Source: Amoeboaphelidium protococcarum X5
Taxonomy: Eukaryota > Fungi > Aphelidiomycota
DNA length: 64,000 nt
NCBI GenBank assembly: GCA_023515725.1
Contig: JALDTO010000098.1
Span: 214,615-278,614, forward strand
Reading direction: 5' to 3'
The translations under genes and the position numbers were made by a program. The notes under the pieces are model-generated. The model saw nothing but the letters and a program-made list of their open reading frames with translations, was not told the DNA's origin and ran no database searches. Shown in pieces: positions 12,786 to 27,134 of this stretch; position 1 is the stretch's first letter; each line of letters opens with the position of its first letter.

Positions 12786-14669
12786 TCATTTCTATTTTAC
12801 GGGTGCTGGTTGATCTTTCACCTTCTTGGCCCTGACGCGTTTCTTCTGCTGTGATGCTGGTGGTGTCACTGCTTTCTATTGTTATTTCAACAACAGACTC
12901 ATACCATCGTCACCGTCATCATCGCTATCTTCAGACTTTTTGTCTGCAACAGGGACTGCCTCTTTGACAATAGCTGATGCAGTGGAGGAGCTATCTTGAG
13001 TACCAACTTTGGAAAGAGCATCTATCTCACAGTTCTAAGCAACAGTTACAGGAGGGAAGCTAAATTTGATATCAGACAGCGTTGGCAATTTAGTGATAGA
13101 AGTGCTGGTGGAATTCAACTGTACAGGCAAAGTAATTGGAGTAGAGGCATCATTAGGAAAGGACACTCTCAGTGTATTGCCACCAGTGTTGATTTTGCTA
13201 GTTACGTTATCGTCTTCCTCATCCACATCATCATCATCGCTAGATGTAGTAGAGTCTGATGAATACGAATCGTCATCACTTGAATCTGAAGGTACGTCCA
13301 GAGGTTATTAAGTAGGGGATGAGACTACCTCTTTTTAAGCACTGACCTCCTAAGCTAGTGTCTATGGAGGTTCAATATCTACACTATTAGTAACAACATC
13401 ATCCTCCTTGACTATTTCGCCATGATCAGCAGTTTCGTGACTGACTACTTCCTAATCAGTAGTATCAACCTTTGAGGAATCATCCTTCACTGGAGCCTTT
13501 ACAACTGGCACTGGAGTCTCAGCAGCCTCCTTCTCAGTGTCAGGCATGGACTCTGCTGTATCACCAGCAATACCCGGAGATTTCAGTGGCGCGTCTTCTT
13601 CAGTAGTCTCTGCAGATCGGTCTTCAGTCGTAGCTTATTCAACTTCCATCTCAATTTACGGTTCCTCAACAAATACCGGTGGACTATGCTGTTCAAATGG
13701 TTCGTCAACATTTTAAATCTGAGTTGGAGCTTAATTATCGTTTGACGACTGTTATAATGACGGTTGATCAATATCCATCTCAACAGGCTTCTCAATAACT
13801 TTCTCGGGCTGCGCAACAGACTCATTAACATCCGGAAAAGGTACTGCAATCTGAGGTGACACATCTTCATCACTCACCATCACAAACATGGATTGTTAAG
13901 GCTACTCTTAAGGAGGAGTAGGAGTAGGAGTTACGGGCTTAGAGCTCTTAGACTTTTTCTCCTTCTTACGCTTAGCTTTAGGAGCCTCATCAGGCTTTTC
14001 AGCAGTAGCCACTTTAGGCTCCTCAGCTTACACCTACTACTACTCTTGTTCTAACTTACGCTTACGCTTCCTCTACTTCTTGGCTAATTTCTTTTACAAC
14101 TCCGCATCCACTTCAGCACTATCATCCTTGACGGCTTCATTAGACTACTAAACAACAGGGATCAGGGATGGCAGAGGTACGACGTCATCTTCCTTCGGTA
14201 CAACGGTATCCTCCGCAGAAATCTTTTATCGCTTCTTTTTACTCTTCTTCTTAGTTTTTGTACTACTATCACCAGTATCAACGGTATCAGTAGATTTCTA
14301 AACTATATCAGGAGCATTAGACTACACATTCAATGACTACTCGCCTTTGTAAGCAATGACGCGTAAAAATTGACCGTTCAACGAGACCAATTCCTTTATG
14401 AGCATTCCATCATACAAATCAAAGCCATCCTTCAACTGAAAGCAGGCAATCTAAATCAATCTATCCGATCGCAAAAGAGGCATAATAAGCTATTGCAACT
14501 CCGATTTCAGTCGATCCATCTTTAGCGCTGCCTGATCATAATCATACAACAATTTGACGCATTTTATCTCTTTTGCGTAATACATCTTGTCCAAGGCATC
14601 CTGTGGGTAATGTCGATACTACTCCACATCTTTTCTATGCACTACATACGCAGTCACTTGCAAAATCAT
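12786..14669 (-). CDS. Low-complexity acidic/basic, probably nucleolar protein with a Net1/Dnt1-like N-terminal domain
   Basis: 627-aa frame under table 6. N-terminal IQIACFQLKDGFDLYDGMLIKELV resembles the Net1/Dnt1 ubiquitin-like motif, followed by Lys-rich NLS-like and E/P/S-rich tracts. Family call tentative. Confidence 0.6.
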
Positions 14670-15055
14670 TATTAGACTATTCTAGTTATTTCCTAACACT
14701 ATTATTCAATCAATTTAAATGATAATCACAGAATGAAGTTTGAATGGAGACCAACCACAATAGAAGCGCCAACAGACTCCTTAGAATCTGAAGCTAATCG
14801 TGAGCGCGTTTTCATTCATCTCTTCGCGCAGTTTACTTTTGCATTTTGGGGGAGAGCGAGCGATGACTAAAGTCTCTTCTTTGTTGCGACAACGTTCGTT
14901 CCTCTTTACTCGCCGCAGCTTTGTTCTTTTCAGTGTTCTTTCTCAGTACCGTGCGACCTCCTTCTTCTATATAATTTCTGCATTTCTTTAGTCAAGTTAT
15001 TATTATAGCAAGTATATATCTAAATCAAGTTGATTGATAATTGGATTGATATAGA

Positions 15056-15262
15056 ATGAGCATGTTTAAGAAATTGCAAGAGGCTACTCAGCAGCTTCAG
15101 AGCAATATGAACATGAATGTTAGAGGCGAATCTTAGTAATAGTAGTAGTAATAAAATGGTAGTGGGGCTCAATCCAAATCTTAATCCACAGATAATGTTG
15201 ACTTGAGTCAAGTTGATCGTCCAGGTAGTAGATTAAGTATGGGCAGTGATAGATCTTAGTCC

Positions 15263-15300
<38 letters not shown>

Positions 15301-18300
15301 ATCAGGATAGCCGTCTTATGACTACTTGTACAAGGCTGTGCAAGTCCTGGTGAAGGAGAGGAATGCTCTGAACAAGATTGTCTCTGAACTTACTCCATTG
15401 GATGGTTTCTAGCCGGTGAGTACTCAGTACATTAACAACTATAATTCCAGATAGGATGATTTCATTGAGTAGTTGGCATCTCATATGCGTTCTCAGCATC
15501 TGACTATTCATACCTTGAGAGAAGAGTTGTAAAAGTAGTCTGTGTAGCAGAAAGTAGAGTAGTAGTAGTAATAGTCAACTGATACTTCCCAGTAATACGG
15601 AGAAGATACCGATAATAATAATAATAGTAATGCTTAGAAAGTGAAAGATTTAGAAGCTTAGGTGGCTGAGTTGAATGCTGCAGTCAAAAAGTATGCCGGT
15701 CACTTGAAGTAGATGATGGATAAGGCCAAGCAGTTGGCTGATGATAATAAAAAGTTGAAGAGTGATTTATAGTAGGCGTCATCGGAGTAGTAGAATAAAG
15801 GCGAAAGTAATGCATCTGACTCTGAAGCTGTTATTAAGGACAAGGATGAGTAGATTAAAAAGTTATAGTCCTAGATGGATGAATTATCCCGCGATAAGTA
15901 ATAGTTGGTTGATAATCTATAGTCCAAGTAGTCTGAAGTGGAGTAGCTTAATCCTTAGCTGAATGAATTGAAGTTATAAGTTGAAAAGTTGTAGGAGCAT
16001 TTGGAGCATCTGTAGTAAAAGCAATAGAGTAATGATGATTCTGCGAGAGTGGAGTTGGAATAAAAGTTGAAAGATGGGGAGAAGTTGACTGAGAATCTCT
16101 AGTCCTCGCTTTAAGATAAAGAATAGTAACTTTAATAGTTCTAGAGTTAACTATAGGAATTGCAAAGTAAAGTTGATTAGAAATCATCCGATTAAAATTC
16201 CACTTTGGACGAATTATAGTAATCTCTCCAGTAGACTTAAAGCTAATTAGATGAAAAGACAGCGCGCGTTAGTGAGTTGGAATTATAGCTGAGGGATTTA
16301 AGTTAGAACGATTCTTAGGCTAAAGTTGAGTTGGATCAGTAGCTTTAGTTGGCACAGTCGCAGATTTAAGATCTGTAGCAATAAGTGTAAGCGTTGAATT
16401 AGAAATCCTCTGAATTATCCACCTAATTATCTGACAAAGACACTGAGCTTAGTAACGTTCGTGAGTAGAATAAGTCCAATTTGGTGTATATCTAGGAGAA
16501 GTAGAGTGAAATTAGTAAACTTGATGAGGAGTTGAGCTAATTGAAAACTGAAAAGAGTCAATTTGCTGAAGCGACTAATGAAAGACAGCAGGAAATCGAC
16601 AGTTTAAAGTTATAGTTGGATAATGTTACTTAGTCATTGAACACGGTGAAGGATTCAGAGTCTGATCAGGTGGGCTAGTTGCGCTCTCAGGTTGAAGATT
16701 TGTAGCGTCAGTTGGTTGAGCAGTAGTAAATCGTGAATACTGCTGCTCGTGAGAAGGAGGAACTGCTTGTTAAATGTAATGAATTAGAGCCTCTTTGTGA
16801 GGAGATGAAATCTAAGCTAACTGAGATGTAAAGTGATATGGTTCAGTAGTAGGCTGGCTTGAAGAATAACTTGGAGTAGTAGAAAGCTGAATTGGATGAT
16901 AAGATCACGGAGCTGAACGAGGCGAATAGTAAAGTGGAGTCTCTTGCGTCAGAGTTGGAGTCTGTAAAGTAGTAGTTGGCTTCCCATGATGACGAGAAGC
17001 AATAATTAAGTGATTAGTGCAAATAGCTGTAAGATTAGTTGATCGAGAAAGCTCAAATCATCTAGGATCTGTAGTCTCGTATTGATCAAAGTGCCTCGGC
17101 ATAAAGTGAAAGTGTATAGAAATTGAGTGAGTAGGTGGAGCAGTTGACTGGTGAAAAGTCGCGAGTTGAACAATCTCTCGCTGAAGAGAAGGAGAAATTA
17201 TTGAAGACTGTCAATTTTCTCAGAGCTGCCAAGTAGCAGAAAGATAAATTGCAATAGGAGTATGATGCCGCCAACCAGTAGGTGGAGTAGCTGTAGAGTT
17301 CGATCAAGACGAAGGATTAGGAACTTGATGATTTGAGATCTAATCTCAGTAATATTCAGTTGCAGTTGAAAGAGTCAGAGAGTGCCAAGGAGTAGGTATA
17401 GTAGCTGGAAACTAGAATTGGCTAGTTGAATGCTCAGATTGAATCTCTGTCTACTCAGATGAAGGACACTGCAGAGTAGCGTGATTCTGTTCAGTAGCAG
17501 CTAAAAGATCATCAAGTAAAGTCCAAATCTATGGCTGAAGAATTTGGTCAACACCAAGATTTGCTTGATCAGAAAGATGCCACCATCAAGGATCTGTCAG
17601 ATAAGATTGGAATAATTGAAGAGGAATTGGCAATGTCAAAGAAGCTATTTGAATCAAGATCTGAAGAGAATATGACGATGCGCAATGAATTAACGTCTAT
17701 TAAGAGTGAGATGGAGTCGATTTAGAATGAAAAGGAGAGGATTGAAAGCTCAAGCAGGTAGGAAGTTGAAAGTCTTCGTTAATCGTTATAAGCCAAGTCA
17801 TAAGAACTTGAACAGCAATTGAACCAGCTCTAGAATGTATAATCTGATAAAGATAATATGCAGTCTCAATTAGATTAAACCAAGACTGCATTGTTGGAAG
17901 CCTAATAGAAATGCAAGTAGCTTGAAGAGCAGAATCATCAGATTTCAAGTTAGATTAAGAGTGGTGAGTCTGATTAATAAGAGCTGGAGCGTCTTAGAAA
18001 GGAAGTTGGATAGAATTAGAAGCGATTAGAGGGAATGTAAAGAGAGATTTAGAATTTGAAAACGAGTCTGAGTGAAAGAGAGCAATAGATGGATGAGATT
18101 GAAGAAGAGTACTCGGCTAAAGAGAAGCAGCTCGAAGCACTGAACCAGAAGTTGAAGGAGGATTTGTAAAAGTTGAGTGATCAGAAAACTTAGTCTGCTC
18201 TGAATGACAAAGATCTCAATCACACGTATGTGCGCAATGTAGTGCTCAAGTTTATGACTGATGCTCACACTAGACCGCAGCTGGTACCAGTTTTGAATGC

Positions 18301-18400
18301 TATATTCCAGTTTACTCCTAAAGAGATGGAGCGCATCGAACATGGTATCCCTGGAGTTGGTAGAAAGTCGGTGACTGGTATGTTAACTTCCCCAAAATGA
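15056..18400 (+). CDS. GRIP-domain golgin (Imh1/golgin-97-like coiled coil)
   Basis: 1114-aa Q/E-rich coiled coil under table 6. C-terminal GRIP domain LNHTYVRNVVLKFM...QLVPVLNAIFQFTPKE. Confidence 0.88.
15263..15301 (+). repeat. (TAG)12TAA trinucleotide repeat encoding poly-Gln
   Basis: In frame with the golgin CDS. Confidence 0.9.
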
Positions 18401-18860
18401 TATCATCACTTTGATCAAAATATATATATATACTTGATAATATTAAAATTTTACCTGTTATCTCTTGTCAATTTGATAAATTTATTCGCAGGTTAGAAAG
18501 GCGTCACGTTGTTTCAATGATTTCATTCATCTTTCATTAAACGAGCAATTTAGGTACAATATTTACATTAAACTACTTGTGTGAAATATTCAACTTCTCT
18601 TTATTATCAATGTTCCCTCTTAGAATCTAGTAAATCTTAGATAATAAGCAGCTCAGTCGTTAGAGTTAAAGTCTCTGATTGGCTGTTGAAGTGATCCAAG
18701 ACAATCCCAAGCTTTGATGTGAGTGGCTGAGCTGGTACTACAATTTTGATCCATTTAGTTCACATTCCACTCCGCAAATCCTCTCCTCATATTCTGTGCC
18801 TTATTGTTATAGTATAATCAATATTGTGTATAATTCATTATTAAAAATCAAGTACGAGGA

Positions 18861-21800
18861 ATGATAACTCGATAGGTGAAGATTGTAAAGCCGTTCAAGG
18901 CACAGAGGAGTGATGAATTGAGCGTGTAACAGGGCGAAATGGTGACTTTACTCTAGAAGATTAATGAAGACTGGTACCTAATCAAACGTGGAGGTATTGA
19001 CTCTGAATAGGTTGGCTTAGTACCAGCTGACTGCATTTAATTAAATTTTGAGGAGAATGATGGGGACAGTTATGATTAATGCCCATCCCCGTCTGAGACG
19101 TAACTGTAAAAAAACGATAGTAGTGACGATGATCAACTGAATACTGCGCAACTAACAGAGATTATGTTGAGGATTAATACACTGCCAACACCTTTATATG
19201 ATCATGGTTCATAACCTTTGTAATCTGCTCCAATTCAGGCAAGCGCTAAGTAATAAAGTCATAACCTTGGGTAGTTGTCGTAGAATTCTCGTGATGGAGC
19301 TGGTGTTCGAGTCAATAATTCAGCACCATCATCTCCTGTACGTAAAGGATAGAATAACAGCGACTCTAATGATGCTGATCGTATTATAATCCGCGGATTT
19401 TTATCCCTCTAATTTGGAGATTCAATGAGAAAAGTGTCCCAGTAGCAACAATCAGAAGATGGAGCTGCCTGGTCGCAGCAAAAGTTTTATTGTACATTTG
19501 ATGGTGTAATTTTTCAGTATTACGCGTCGCTTACTGCTCCTAGTCCCGCTGGTGAATTGAAGAGTTCCACATTCCAGTCTGTCAACTCTATTCAGTATTT
19601 GGATAAGGTTACGAATGAGTAAAAGACAATGTCCACGTTTGAACTTGTATACTTGGATGAGAGCGATGTCACTTAGCGTGTGTGGATAGACTGTGGTGAT
19701 GATGATAATTTATAAAAGCCTGCTGATCAATGGATCTCAAGTCTGAAGGATAGTATCGCTAAACGGCGTCCGTCTATGAATAATCCATTGGAGTAGAAAG
19801 GTTGGTTGCGTCGCGTTAATGATGGCATTGGTTCAGACTGGCGTAAAAGGTATGTGGTGATGCGCTATGGCAAGCTGGAGATGTACAAGAATAGTGACCT
19901 GTCGCAGTCCCGTAATAACAGAGCTGATGAAGTTATGGATATGGCGACGTGTTCAGTAAAGTAATGCTCCAAGTATCCACTAAGATTTGAAGTGATTACA
20001 CCTCGTAAATGCTATACTTTCCAGACTGAGAGTGTTAATGAATGTTACGCTTGGGTCAGGTGTACACGAAGTAATATTGAATGGGCGATCAAGAACATTT
20101 AAAGTTATGGTCATTAAAGCAGGTCGGCATCAGATGCATCATCCCGCTCAGTAAGTAATCGCGAAGTTTTGGATTTGATTTCCGTCAACTCGGACCAGCC
20201 TTTGTTATGCGCTGACTGTGGTTGTCAGTATCCGGAATGGGCATCGGTGAATCTTGGTGTAGCTCTATGTATTGAGTGCAGTGGAATTCATCGGAGTCTG
20301 GGAGTGTACATCTCAAAGGTGCGCAGTTTGCAGTTGGATGACTGGGACCACTACAGTGTGAGAATGATGAGTATTATGGCGAATGGTATGGCCAACTCAG
20401 TGTATGAAGCTAGCCCAATAACTGATCACGTCAAGCCTTGTCTAGAAGATGTACGCTCTTCAAAGGAGAAGTTTATTAGGGATAAGTACATTATAAAGAA
20501 ATTTAAAAGTAATAAGTGTGTATTATCTGGTGACTACGGTGCTCTTTCTCTGTCTTAGCATAATATGAACGGAAGTGGAGATGATCCTATTCTACTCAGC
20601 GTATTGCTTTGTGTTGTCTGCATGAATGGTGGTAGTTCTGCATTGTAAGATGTTCTATAGCTTGTGTGGCACGGTGCTGATATTAATTTCAAGTATGACA
20701 AGTATACGGATGCTCAACTGCACGCTGAAGACATTTGTATTCCACATGGTTCCACTCCCCTTCATTGTGCTGTTCGTAATGCTGATTTGATGCTTGTCAA
20801 TTACTTGCTTCTGAATGGAGCTGATATTAATCTACGAGATGTTGATGAATAAACTCCAGTAGATTTGGCTAATCATCAATCCAAAGCTGCAGATTCTCTT
20901 AAAAGACTATTGAAGGCTCATTGCGATAAAGAGCGAAAGTAATCTGATGTTGGGAGTGGTGATCGTAGTAACAGTCAACATCCAACTGACCTGCAGGCTT
21001 ATCTTATGGTCAAGGACAACGGTAAGAGCGGCAAGTTTAAGCGTAAATGGCTTCATTTTAAGATTGAATCTTCTAACGGAGACAAAGAAGAGAACTATAT
21101 TGGCTCAGTATCCATTTACAAAAATTCTTCAAGTAGAGAGTCAGAGACCACCATAAATCTTGCTGAATGTATTGATGTCAAATCATGTCCACCTGATGAC
21201 GGTATTGTGATAAATGGTGCAAGTTGGGCTTATTAAATTGAACTTCACACTTGGTCGAGTATACACTATATCGCGTTTTAAAGTATGGAAGATGCGGTGT
21301 AATGGCTCGAATCTCTGTAGAAGATAATTGGAAATGAAAAGGAAAATGACCTCTCTGTGCAATCTCCATCATCAAAGAGCTATAATGCTGGGCCCACAAC
21401 TGTTTTTGGTGTCGACTTGGAGTAGTGTGCATCTCGCAAATAGGGATCACGCGATAAAGGTGTTCCATTGTTTGTGGTGAAGTGCATAAAAATGCTTGAT
21501 AGTCTTGTGCAAGAATGCGACTATATCGGTATGCTATTCAAAGGTGAAATTGCGGGAATATCTCAATCTTAGATTCTGGGATTGATGAAAGACATGAAGG
21601 ATTCGTTTGATGCAAGTGATGAAGAGACTGATCTGCAGCTATTTATGAGCCACTGGAAGTTCAAGTTTGGCGATACGGAGTCCACGTAGCTGTCGTTTAT
21701 GCGCTCTCTGTCCATGCTCGTTCTTAATTACTTCTCATCCCTGCCTATGCCTTTATTGGATGCCAAGTTCTCCGACCATACTGCAGATGTTATGGTGAAA

Positions 21801-23027
21801 CTCAGAAGCAAAGACAAGGAGCTCATTAATCTAAGCGACGATCCATCGATTGAGAGTGTTGCGAGTCTGCTTGCTAAACTCTCTTAATCTCACAGCAATA
21901 CTTGTAAAGTTCTGTTTAAGCATCTGCATCGTCTTTGGCTTTAATAATCTTCAGTTAATCAAGAGAATAATTATGCTAGAGAGCTTGCATTTATCTGGAC
22001 GAAAGGTCTGTTCTCTGGTGCCTCAGTAAGCTCAAAATCTTCAACGACGTCTAGAAAGTCAGAGTATAAGTATCAGGTGTATCTGGTAGAGTATTTTATT
22101 TTGCATGCTGATAAAGTTTTTGAAAAGACAGGCCGCCCTATCCCGAACAATGAAGATTAAGGATCGGAATCTGAGCATCATCAGCATTAAACTCTGTTCC
22201 CAGTTGATGTGTTTATTCATGAGGATGGCTAGCAGGTGATATCTCAACGCATCGCTTAGAGATGCGACGCGTCAGAGCTAGTGCAGAAAGTGGTGAAACT
22301 CATGCAAGTTGCTCCTGGAATGTCCCTGCGTGACTTTGCCTTGTTTGAAATCAATGATGGAATGGAGAGAATTGTACATGCAGATGAATGTGTGTTCGAT
22401 ATTGTTCAGAGTTGGCCGTCACCTGCTGGTAAGAAGCTAATGTTTAAGCCAACTTCTCTCGTCTCATCCATTTATAAGCAATAGTAGAAGCAGCTGAATT
22501 CCTCAGTCCTCATGTCTGGCTGGCTGATGAAAGAAGGTGTATCTGTTAGATCATGGAAGAGTAGATACTTTGTCCTAAAAGGAGACTATCTATTCTATTT
22601 CAAGGATACTGAGTGCTGCAAGGATACTTTGATTGGCAAGATTCAGTACAAGAAATCTCTTGTCTATGAGCTTAGACCAAGCAGTCTGGAAGAAGGTGAC
22701 TCTTTGAATAAGGATGGATGCGATCACCTTGCTGCCTCTGGATTGAAGTATGGCTTTTGCCTCAAATTTCCCGATGCTCCCTCCCGGTACTTTTGCTCAG
22801 ACAGTGAACGTGAGGTGAAAGACTGGATCACGATATTTATGAGATGCAACGATTCGGTGCAGTCCAAATTCTTTAATACAAATTCAAGTGCTGTCAAGAC
22901 CACAACATCAACACCGTCACTCTCTCGCTAAACTGTAGTTAAGCCGTAATTGTCCTTGTAAAGTATGCCATCAGTGTCAAGAAGTCCCCTCCCATCCCCT
23001 CCAAAAGATGTGATTTAATATTTGTGA
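18861..23027 (+). CDS. ARAP-like multidomain GAP: SH3-PH-PH-ArfGAP-ANK-PH-RhoGAP-RA-PH
   Basis: 1388-aa frame. SH3 (FKAQRSDELSV..EDWY..GLVP), PH domains (KGWL..WRKRYVV; SGWLMKEG..SWKSRYFVL), ArfGAP CADC..WASVNLG..CIECSGIHR, ankyrin GSTPLHCAV, RhoGAP-like VFGVDL..VPLFVVKCI, RA-like FALFEI..ERIV. Confidence 0.88.
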
Positions 23028-23087
23028 ATACATACAATAAAAATTGACTAAGTGTATATATACATATTCTTTGAAGACAGCAATTCA

Positions 23088-24572
23088 TCATGTTCTATAC
23101 AAGTCACTTTTCCAGTATTTATCATAGGCAGACTTGATGCGCTTGTTGCTTGTCGGCATTGAGAATCTCTAACTGGTTTGATGATTGATTGTTGATTCAA
23201 ACTCGACACTATCTGGCCACTAAGTCGCAGTGATTGATTCTCGTAGTAGACTGGCGCCTGATGATGAGAAATTAAGGCCAAAATCTTGAGAGCACTGCAA
23301 CTCCAGACTTTTTAATTTCTACTCGCGTTAATCCAACTAAATACTCTTGCGGCGATACGATAGTTTCAACTCTTATTCAAGCATTTCCAGCGTATCCGAT
23401 TTCTATGCCAGCTCCTGTTCGAAACTAATCAAAAAGACTTCCTTTTATCTAAGCACTTATTCCCTTTCCATCAGGGATCTTTCTTTTCTGGCCAGGACAA
23501 TCTGCGGATGTTGCCTCATATCCGCTGCTGAGGGTCGTTTCTGACTCTACACACGTTCGATAGTATGATTAATTGATTTTACACATGCACTATACAAAGC
23601 AGTTGGTTATAGACTTACATCGACTTGAATCATTGATTCTATAACTTCATTCAGGCCATCTGAATAGAAATGAGGAATCCGTTGGATATCGCCAGATTTA
23701 ATCTTGACATTTAGCTGTGATTGACTTCTAGCTTCAAACGGAGGCCTACATGTTTTACAGTAATGAATGATGATGCGATATTAATGCATTGACAGTAGTA
23801 AAATCTAAATTTACCGCAAAGCACATAGTTCGTATATGAGACATCCGAGAGCCCAGATATCGCTGCCCTGATCATAAGCGGATTCATTAACAATCTCCGG
23901 AGACATATAGAATGGAGTTCCCACATAAGTCTTTGCAAAATCACACGATAACTCTCCACCAATAAGCTTACACAAACCAAAATCGCCCAATTTTACTTGA
24001 AAATTCTTACCAATAAATACATTCTACATACTGTAAATAGTTCTAGAGTCGACCTGCTTATAAAAAAATACCTCTGGCTTGATATCTCGATGAATGATAA
24101 TGCCACGAGTCTAGCGATGCCCATAATGACATTCATACAGAGCCTCAACCAACTGACTGAGAATATCCCACACTAAATCTTCAGGAACTAGCTTAAGTTC
24201 ACGCTTGTAACTTGAAATCAACTTTGACAGATCACCGCCTTCACAAAACTCCATAACGATGAATATCAAGCAATTCTCCTTGTCCACAATTCGCTCATGA
24301 TAGCGAACAATGTTTGGATGCTTCAACTCGCGCAAGACATTAACTTCAGACACCAGCTGCTTCTTTTCATTAGTGGACATTTTGCGATAATCTATTTCTT
24401 TCCATACTAGACACTACACAGAGCGAAGTGATATATCAAAATAGTACATTCCATTGTGGTTCTTTGGTTTATCACATTTGTATCTTACCTGTCCATCTGA
24501 TTGTCGGCGACATTTTCTAATTACACCAAAACTGCCCTTGCCAATGACATTAAGCGGCTCATACTTTTCCAT
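23088..24572 (-). CDS. NIMA/Nek2-family protein kinase, 4 introns (24414-24488, 24024-24071, 23746-23814, 23547-23618)
   Basis: [37 protein letters not shown]|[26 protein letters not shown]. Four GT..AG introns restore the frame. Confidence 0.9.
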
Positions 24573-24980
24573 CGCTGCAAACAAAAATTTGGCTTATTTA
24601 GATCAAATATATTTTCGCCTATAGACTATGAAAGTAAAACTTTAGGTACAGTGTATTTAATAAAGAGGTGCACTGTAAATAGGCGAGCGATATAAAGTTG
24701 AAACAATTAAACGAGATCACCAACTTTCTCTCATTGTGCCCGAAACCATTCACAATCTTGCGAAACATTTCATTAGACGCGTAATGGTGAAGTAGTTGAA
24801 GAATCATCAAGGGAAACAGTGAAAGTGATGGCTATTGAACCGTCTAAAAAAGTAAAGCAAGATATATAATAGCTAAAGAGAGAGCATTTAACTTTTGTAT
24901 TCAACACTTTGATAATACTCACATGGATGATAACACAAATAAAGATCTAGGCTTGTTCACAGTGCAAAACAAAATGATAA

Positions 24981-25937
24981 TCATTCCACCAAACTTTAGT
25001 TGGCCAAGTTTTGTAATAGTTGAAGCAGGCAACGCTTGGTGATAGTATCATCCTTCAAGACGGCTGCAAATGTACTATCACGCAACTACTCAGGCAGACA
25101 CTGACGTAGAGCTTCTTTTGCGCGCGGATTATCAGACAGTCGCAGGTAACATCTGATCACATGCTTCAATATACGAAGACTCTGACTCTCCACCAGTTGG
25201 GCAACCATATTATTCAACACGGTACACACAGCATAGAATCTCTCGTACGTCATACATACATAAGAGAGGCCGACATCGACAAGCAAAATCTTTTAAATTA
25301 TAAAAATGGATACAGTCTTTGAGATCTCAGTGCCAGTCTCCATGATTCTTAGACACAGAGGGATGATCTCAGTCTGCAGTAGAAAATTGATCACATCTGT
25401 ATTGTCATTCTTTACCAAAGCGCCTATGACACCCAGACTAGTCAATCTTAAATACTCATACGGTCGAGATCTATTCACGGTATTCAAAAATGGATACAAA
25501 AACAGGGGAATATGTGCAGACATGAATGGAGTTCTAGTATCAGGATGACTAGCTATACACTGAATCAATGCCAGTGCATTACACACACGATTAGAGTGGC
25601 CAACTGTGAGAGTAGGTGGACTGAGCATTGGATAAATTGCCACAATCTCTTGCAATAACACTGCAGTAACACCAAACGAAAACCATAACAAGGGAGCCAG
25701 ATCATCATACGTTTCCCTTCTCTTACTCAGCTCCAATAAAGCAAATTCTCTAGTCTGAGGATTCAACAAATCCTTCACTAATGCTTGGATATGTTCATCT
25801 TCTGATACATGCAACTACTATTAATATTACTACTACTGCTACTACTACTATTACTAAAAATTCTGCTTCTTTCCATTTCCATTATTAACGAGATAGTTGT
25901 TAAAATCTGCATTACCATTATTGATATTATTGAACAT
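24981..25937 (-). CDS. CAF40: CCR4-NOT subunit Caf40/Rcd1 (CNOT9)
   Basis: 318 aa. [46 protein letters not shown]. The conserved IIQKIL Gln is encoded by TAA. Confidence 0.95.
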
Positions 25938-26267
25938 ATTGCACACAAACACACACACACAGATTAAAGTTCAATTTAGACTATGCTTAAATTAGTTAAA
26001 GAGTAAGATTATACAGAAATGCACCAGTTCTCAATATCTCAATGACGAGTATAACACGATTGATTAATTAACTGTTAACAAATGATGCTGATGATTGTTG
26101 TGATTGTTGGGGAAAGAGCGATTAAAGTTTCTTCTGCTGGCTGAGAGAAAAAAGATTCGCCGAGTGTGTGACGATCGCCGAAACAGTTTAACGACCGAAA
26201 TTATTCGCCAGGTAGAAACGTGAGAACGGTTTAAACGCACCAATAGTATCAGTAAACATGTGAAATA

Positions 26268-27134
26268 TCATTCAAACTATACATGATTGTCATTTTTCTG
26301 AATGAAAGCTTTACATGACGCAGGATTATTGGAAATGACTGAAATGTCGACTGGGAGTTCATGCAATACTGAAAAGTCTTCATCCCGGTCAACGGTCCAT
26401 GTGGCCCATCTTACTGGACGCGACGATCGCACGGCATTGTCCAGCATCAGGCGCGTCAATTCAACGTAATGAGCCTGCAACAACTTGTAACTAAAGCTGA
26501 CGTGATCTACACTGCCCAGAGTTTAAATAATCTCATCAAAATCTTTAGATATGAGCATTATAGGAAATTCAACTTGTAACTTTTTTAACACTTTTACCCA
26601 GTTATACTTCCATACGCCAATCACAATGTTACTCTCTGCCGGCGAGATGTGAAGACTTTACAATACGCGAATCACCTGCATGACAATATGAAACTGATTG
26701 TCATCTTTAATATCAATGTATATTCCAATTGGATTACTTCTGTGATTATTCTAAAATCCCTTGTGTAGTTCTAACACTTCCTTTAATGTTGGTAACCTCT
26801 ACTGGCCAAGCCATGTTCGTTGATGCTCAACATCGCCAAACCAGTCGTGTTCAGATACCAGCCCGACGCCGGTAGATGTTCTATCCAGAGTAGTATCGTG
26901 TAATATCACCACTTGATTGTCCTTAGTAAGACGGACATCCAGCTCTATGCCATCCGCGCCATCATGGAGCAGGGCAGTCATGAATGAGAGCACCGTATTC
27001 TCTGGCGGACGTAGCTTCTCTGAATGCGGTGCTCCCCTGTGACCGTAACAGGTTGTAATTTTGCTATATGCAATGTCTATGTATATAACCAGATATACAA
27101 TGATAACGCTAAAGAATTTACGCGCGAAATTCAT
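26268..27134 (-). CDS. Glycerophosphodiester phosphodiesterase (GDPD, PGC1-like) with hydrophobic N-terminus
   Basis: 288 aa. [39 protein letters not shown]. Confidence 0.88.

Noticed and set aside
15263-15301. TAG tandem repeats as a telomere-like or CRISPR-like array
   Set aside because: In-frame poly-Gln inside a coding sequence, with no spacers.
18610-18678. ATG-initiated 22-codon ORF upstream of the ARAP-like gene
   Set aside because: Too short to support. I found no convincing splice link to the main frame, which has its own ATG just before the SH3 domain.
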